Source: Podarcis erhardii
Taxonomy: Eukaryota
Strand: one strand, 5' to 3'
Assembly: GCA_964252035.1 (NCBI GenBank)
Contig: OZ176202.1
DNA length: 64,000 bases
Positions 61,901 to 64,000 of this stretch are shown in pieces; position 1 is the stretch's first letter, and each line of letters begins with the position of its first letter. The translations under genes were made by a program, and so were the position numbers. The notes beneath the pieces are model-generated. The model saw only the letters and a list, made by a program, of their open reading frames with translations, made no database searches and was not told where the DNA came from.

Positions 61901-64000
61901 TCAGAACTGGTATGGTCATCAAGCAAAGATACACTACATATATTAGCCTTATCTATGGGTTGTTCTCCATCACTGATATTCATCTGATTTTCTACAGGTT
62001 GCCCACTTTCAGTCTGTTCTTCCTGTAATAATCCATGGATCAAATTTACGGTGTCTTCCAGAAGTGAATCACCATTAGAAGTATTTTCTAGGACTGACAT
62101 GCTATAGTTATTGGTGCAATCTTCCAGTAACTGACTGTCATGTGTATGCACTCTAGTTTCCAATGGTAATTGATCTTGCATGCTGGTGTAATTTTCCAAT
62201 AGACAGCCAGCAAATGTATTAGCATGGTCTTCCAATTGTGAATTGCCATAGCTATTTGTAACGTCTTCTCGTGGTGGCCTATCATTCATATGAAGACATG
62301 CACCATGCATTATGGAGTGGTCTTCTAATGGCAACTTGCCATTCCTATCATCATTGTTATGCAATACTGGGGTGACATTCGTTTCCGCTTGCAATACCCC
62401 ACTCTCATTACAAGTCTCTAATTCTTTCTTAGTGCGTTCATTTAAACATTTTTGGTCAGGTTCTATACTAGTGTATAAACTATCCTGAAAGTCATCTTTT
62501 ACCTCATCTTTCACCTCATCGTTCTTCATTAGCATAATGCCTTCTTCAATCTGCAAAACCTGAGGCATGCTTTTTTGCGGGCTGTTGTCCATGAGATGTG
62601 AAACGTTAGTGTTCGCTTGAGCTTTCTCATCTTTTTTAACAGCTGAAGAATAATTTGCATCCAAAACACTATTGAAGATGCCTGGGGAGTCATTTTCACT
62701 CCCCTTAATGTTCTCCCCCTCTACTATGCAAATATTATCTTCATTTACTATTGGAGGAAGGTGTCCTTCTGAACAGTTTGAAAGACATGCTTTCATTTCA
62801 CCATTTTCACCATTTGCTTGGTCAGTTAAATTTTCAAACACTTCCACTGGCACTTGTTCTGGAAGTTTCAGTAAACTTCCAAGTGCATTTTCTTTTTCAA
62901 GATTTTGACCTTGATTGATTTCCTTTCCAGATCTATTCGTGACACGTTCTGACTGCTCTGAAGCACCACCCACAATATGAAAACCATTTCTCCCTGAGAC
63001 TACGTCATTCTGGTGATCTTTACAAAATGCCTCCCTCTTATTGCTGCTGGACATATTTTGAATACTTGTATCTTGTTCTGAAACATTGCTAGTGATATCA
63101 CTAAACATTGCCCCTTTGGGCTGTTGCTCAATATGTTGTGCTTTTGTGTTTAAACACAATTGCCCTTCAGTCTCATTTGTATTATTTTCAGAACGACTGC
63201 CATCCATTAACAGGTTGACTGTTTCATTTAAGTCACCACAATGCAACAAAAGCCTCTGACCGGTGTTCGCATCCATACAACTATTTATCATTAGGTAAGA
63301 CATGAATAGCTTTTGAGTTTGTTCTGAGTGGCAAGGTATGGGCTCACTGGTGCCAGAAGTGTTTACATCCTTTCCATCAGCATGTTGGTTGGATGCCTGG
63401 AGTTCACAAGACGAGAGCCATCTTGCAGCTTTTTTCAAAGGCAATGGTATATCTTCCACATTAGGCATTTCATCAGGTAGGGTAACACTATTCAAAATTG
63501 ATGAAGTGTTGCTTTCTATGACTCCCTGCTGGGCTGCATCATCCAGGCTGATCACTTCACAAGTTTCTGGAATATAGAGTGCTGCTATTTTTTGCCGCCC
63601 CTTTAGAATTTTGCAGGCCTGCTCATTAGTGATCATGCCTTGATGCAAAGATGTAGATACAGGAAATATTTCCCCACTATGTGGCCAGATGAGTCCAATG
63701 AAGCCTCGTTGTGCCTGTAGTACCAGCAAGGCACTACTAGAAGAGATCAGGTTGCACTGCACAGCTTCATCTACAGACAAACGTTTTGATGAATTTTGAC
63801 ACAAGATCCCACCTGTCTGAAGCTGATGAGTCAAAATAGCACAAGCAGCATCCTGGTCAATAACCCCTTCTCTCATTGCTTCTTCAACAGTCATTCTGTG
63901 TCCTGTATCAGGATGAATTATGCCACCAGAAAGCAGCTGGGCACCTAAGAGCCTGAACATGGTCTCCCTCTCTATGAGTCCTTCATGAGCTGCTCTCAAA
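58945..64000 (-). CDS. DST: DST giant exon (BPAG1b-type): plectin/plakin repeats (about 63475-64000) then ~1500 aa of low-complexity linker; 5' end outside the window
   Basis: Uninterrupted 1694-aa ORF; plectin-repeat motifs ([29 protein letters not shown]...RLSVDEAV); ATG|gtgagt donor in phase 0. Confidence 0.95.

Larger units (their letters stand above)
2442..64000 (-). other. DST: Dystonin (BPAG1) gene, internal portion: plakin-repeat exon plus spectrin-repeat rod exons; gene continues beyond both window edges
   Basis: 28 AG/GT(GC)-bounded exons join in one continuous frame. Peptides such as [43 protein letters not shown] and [18 protein letters not shown] match my recollection of dystonin better than MACF1. 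Confidence 0.95.

Noticed and set aside
2442-64000. Calling the gene MACF1 because of the KIAA0754-like ORF
   Set aside because: Exon peptides match my recollection of dystonin closely, and the nested ORF is diverged from KIAA0754 beyond the motif blocks, as expected for the paralogous locus. Reciprocal BLAST and synteny would be decisive.

Overview
Vertebrate genomic DNA, most likely a lacertid lizard (inferred from full-length Sauria SINE copies). Almost the whole window is an internal part of the dystonin gene (DST/BPAG1, spectraplakin) on the minus strand; both ends of the gene lie outside the window. I reconstructed 28 coding exons with consistent splice phases. They run from the >5 kb plakin-repeat (BPAG1b-type) exon at the right edge through a long run of spectrin-repeat exons to position 2442. 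One junction only works with a GC donor (56274). The 16 kb intron (7910-23914) holds a same-strand 464-codon ORF whose N-terminus (MGKPLSRPDC...EDCYVPQRSIYDT...) resembles KIAA0754, the ORF nested in the paralog MACF1. It has a CpG-enriched upstream region and an in-frame splice donor, so it may be an alternative first exon for a short, possibly myristoylated, actin-domain-less dystonin. The introns also carry Sauria SINEs, CR1/L2/L1/Penelope-like fragments, hAT/Tc-mariner/Harbinger-type MITEs, microsatellites and one 240-N gap. Family assignments are from recalled sequence motifs, not database searches.
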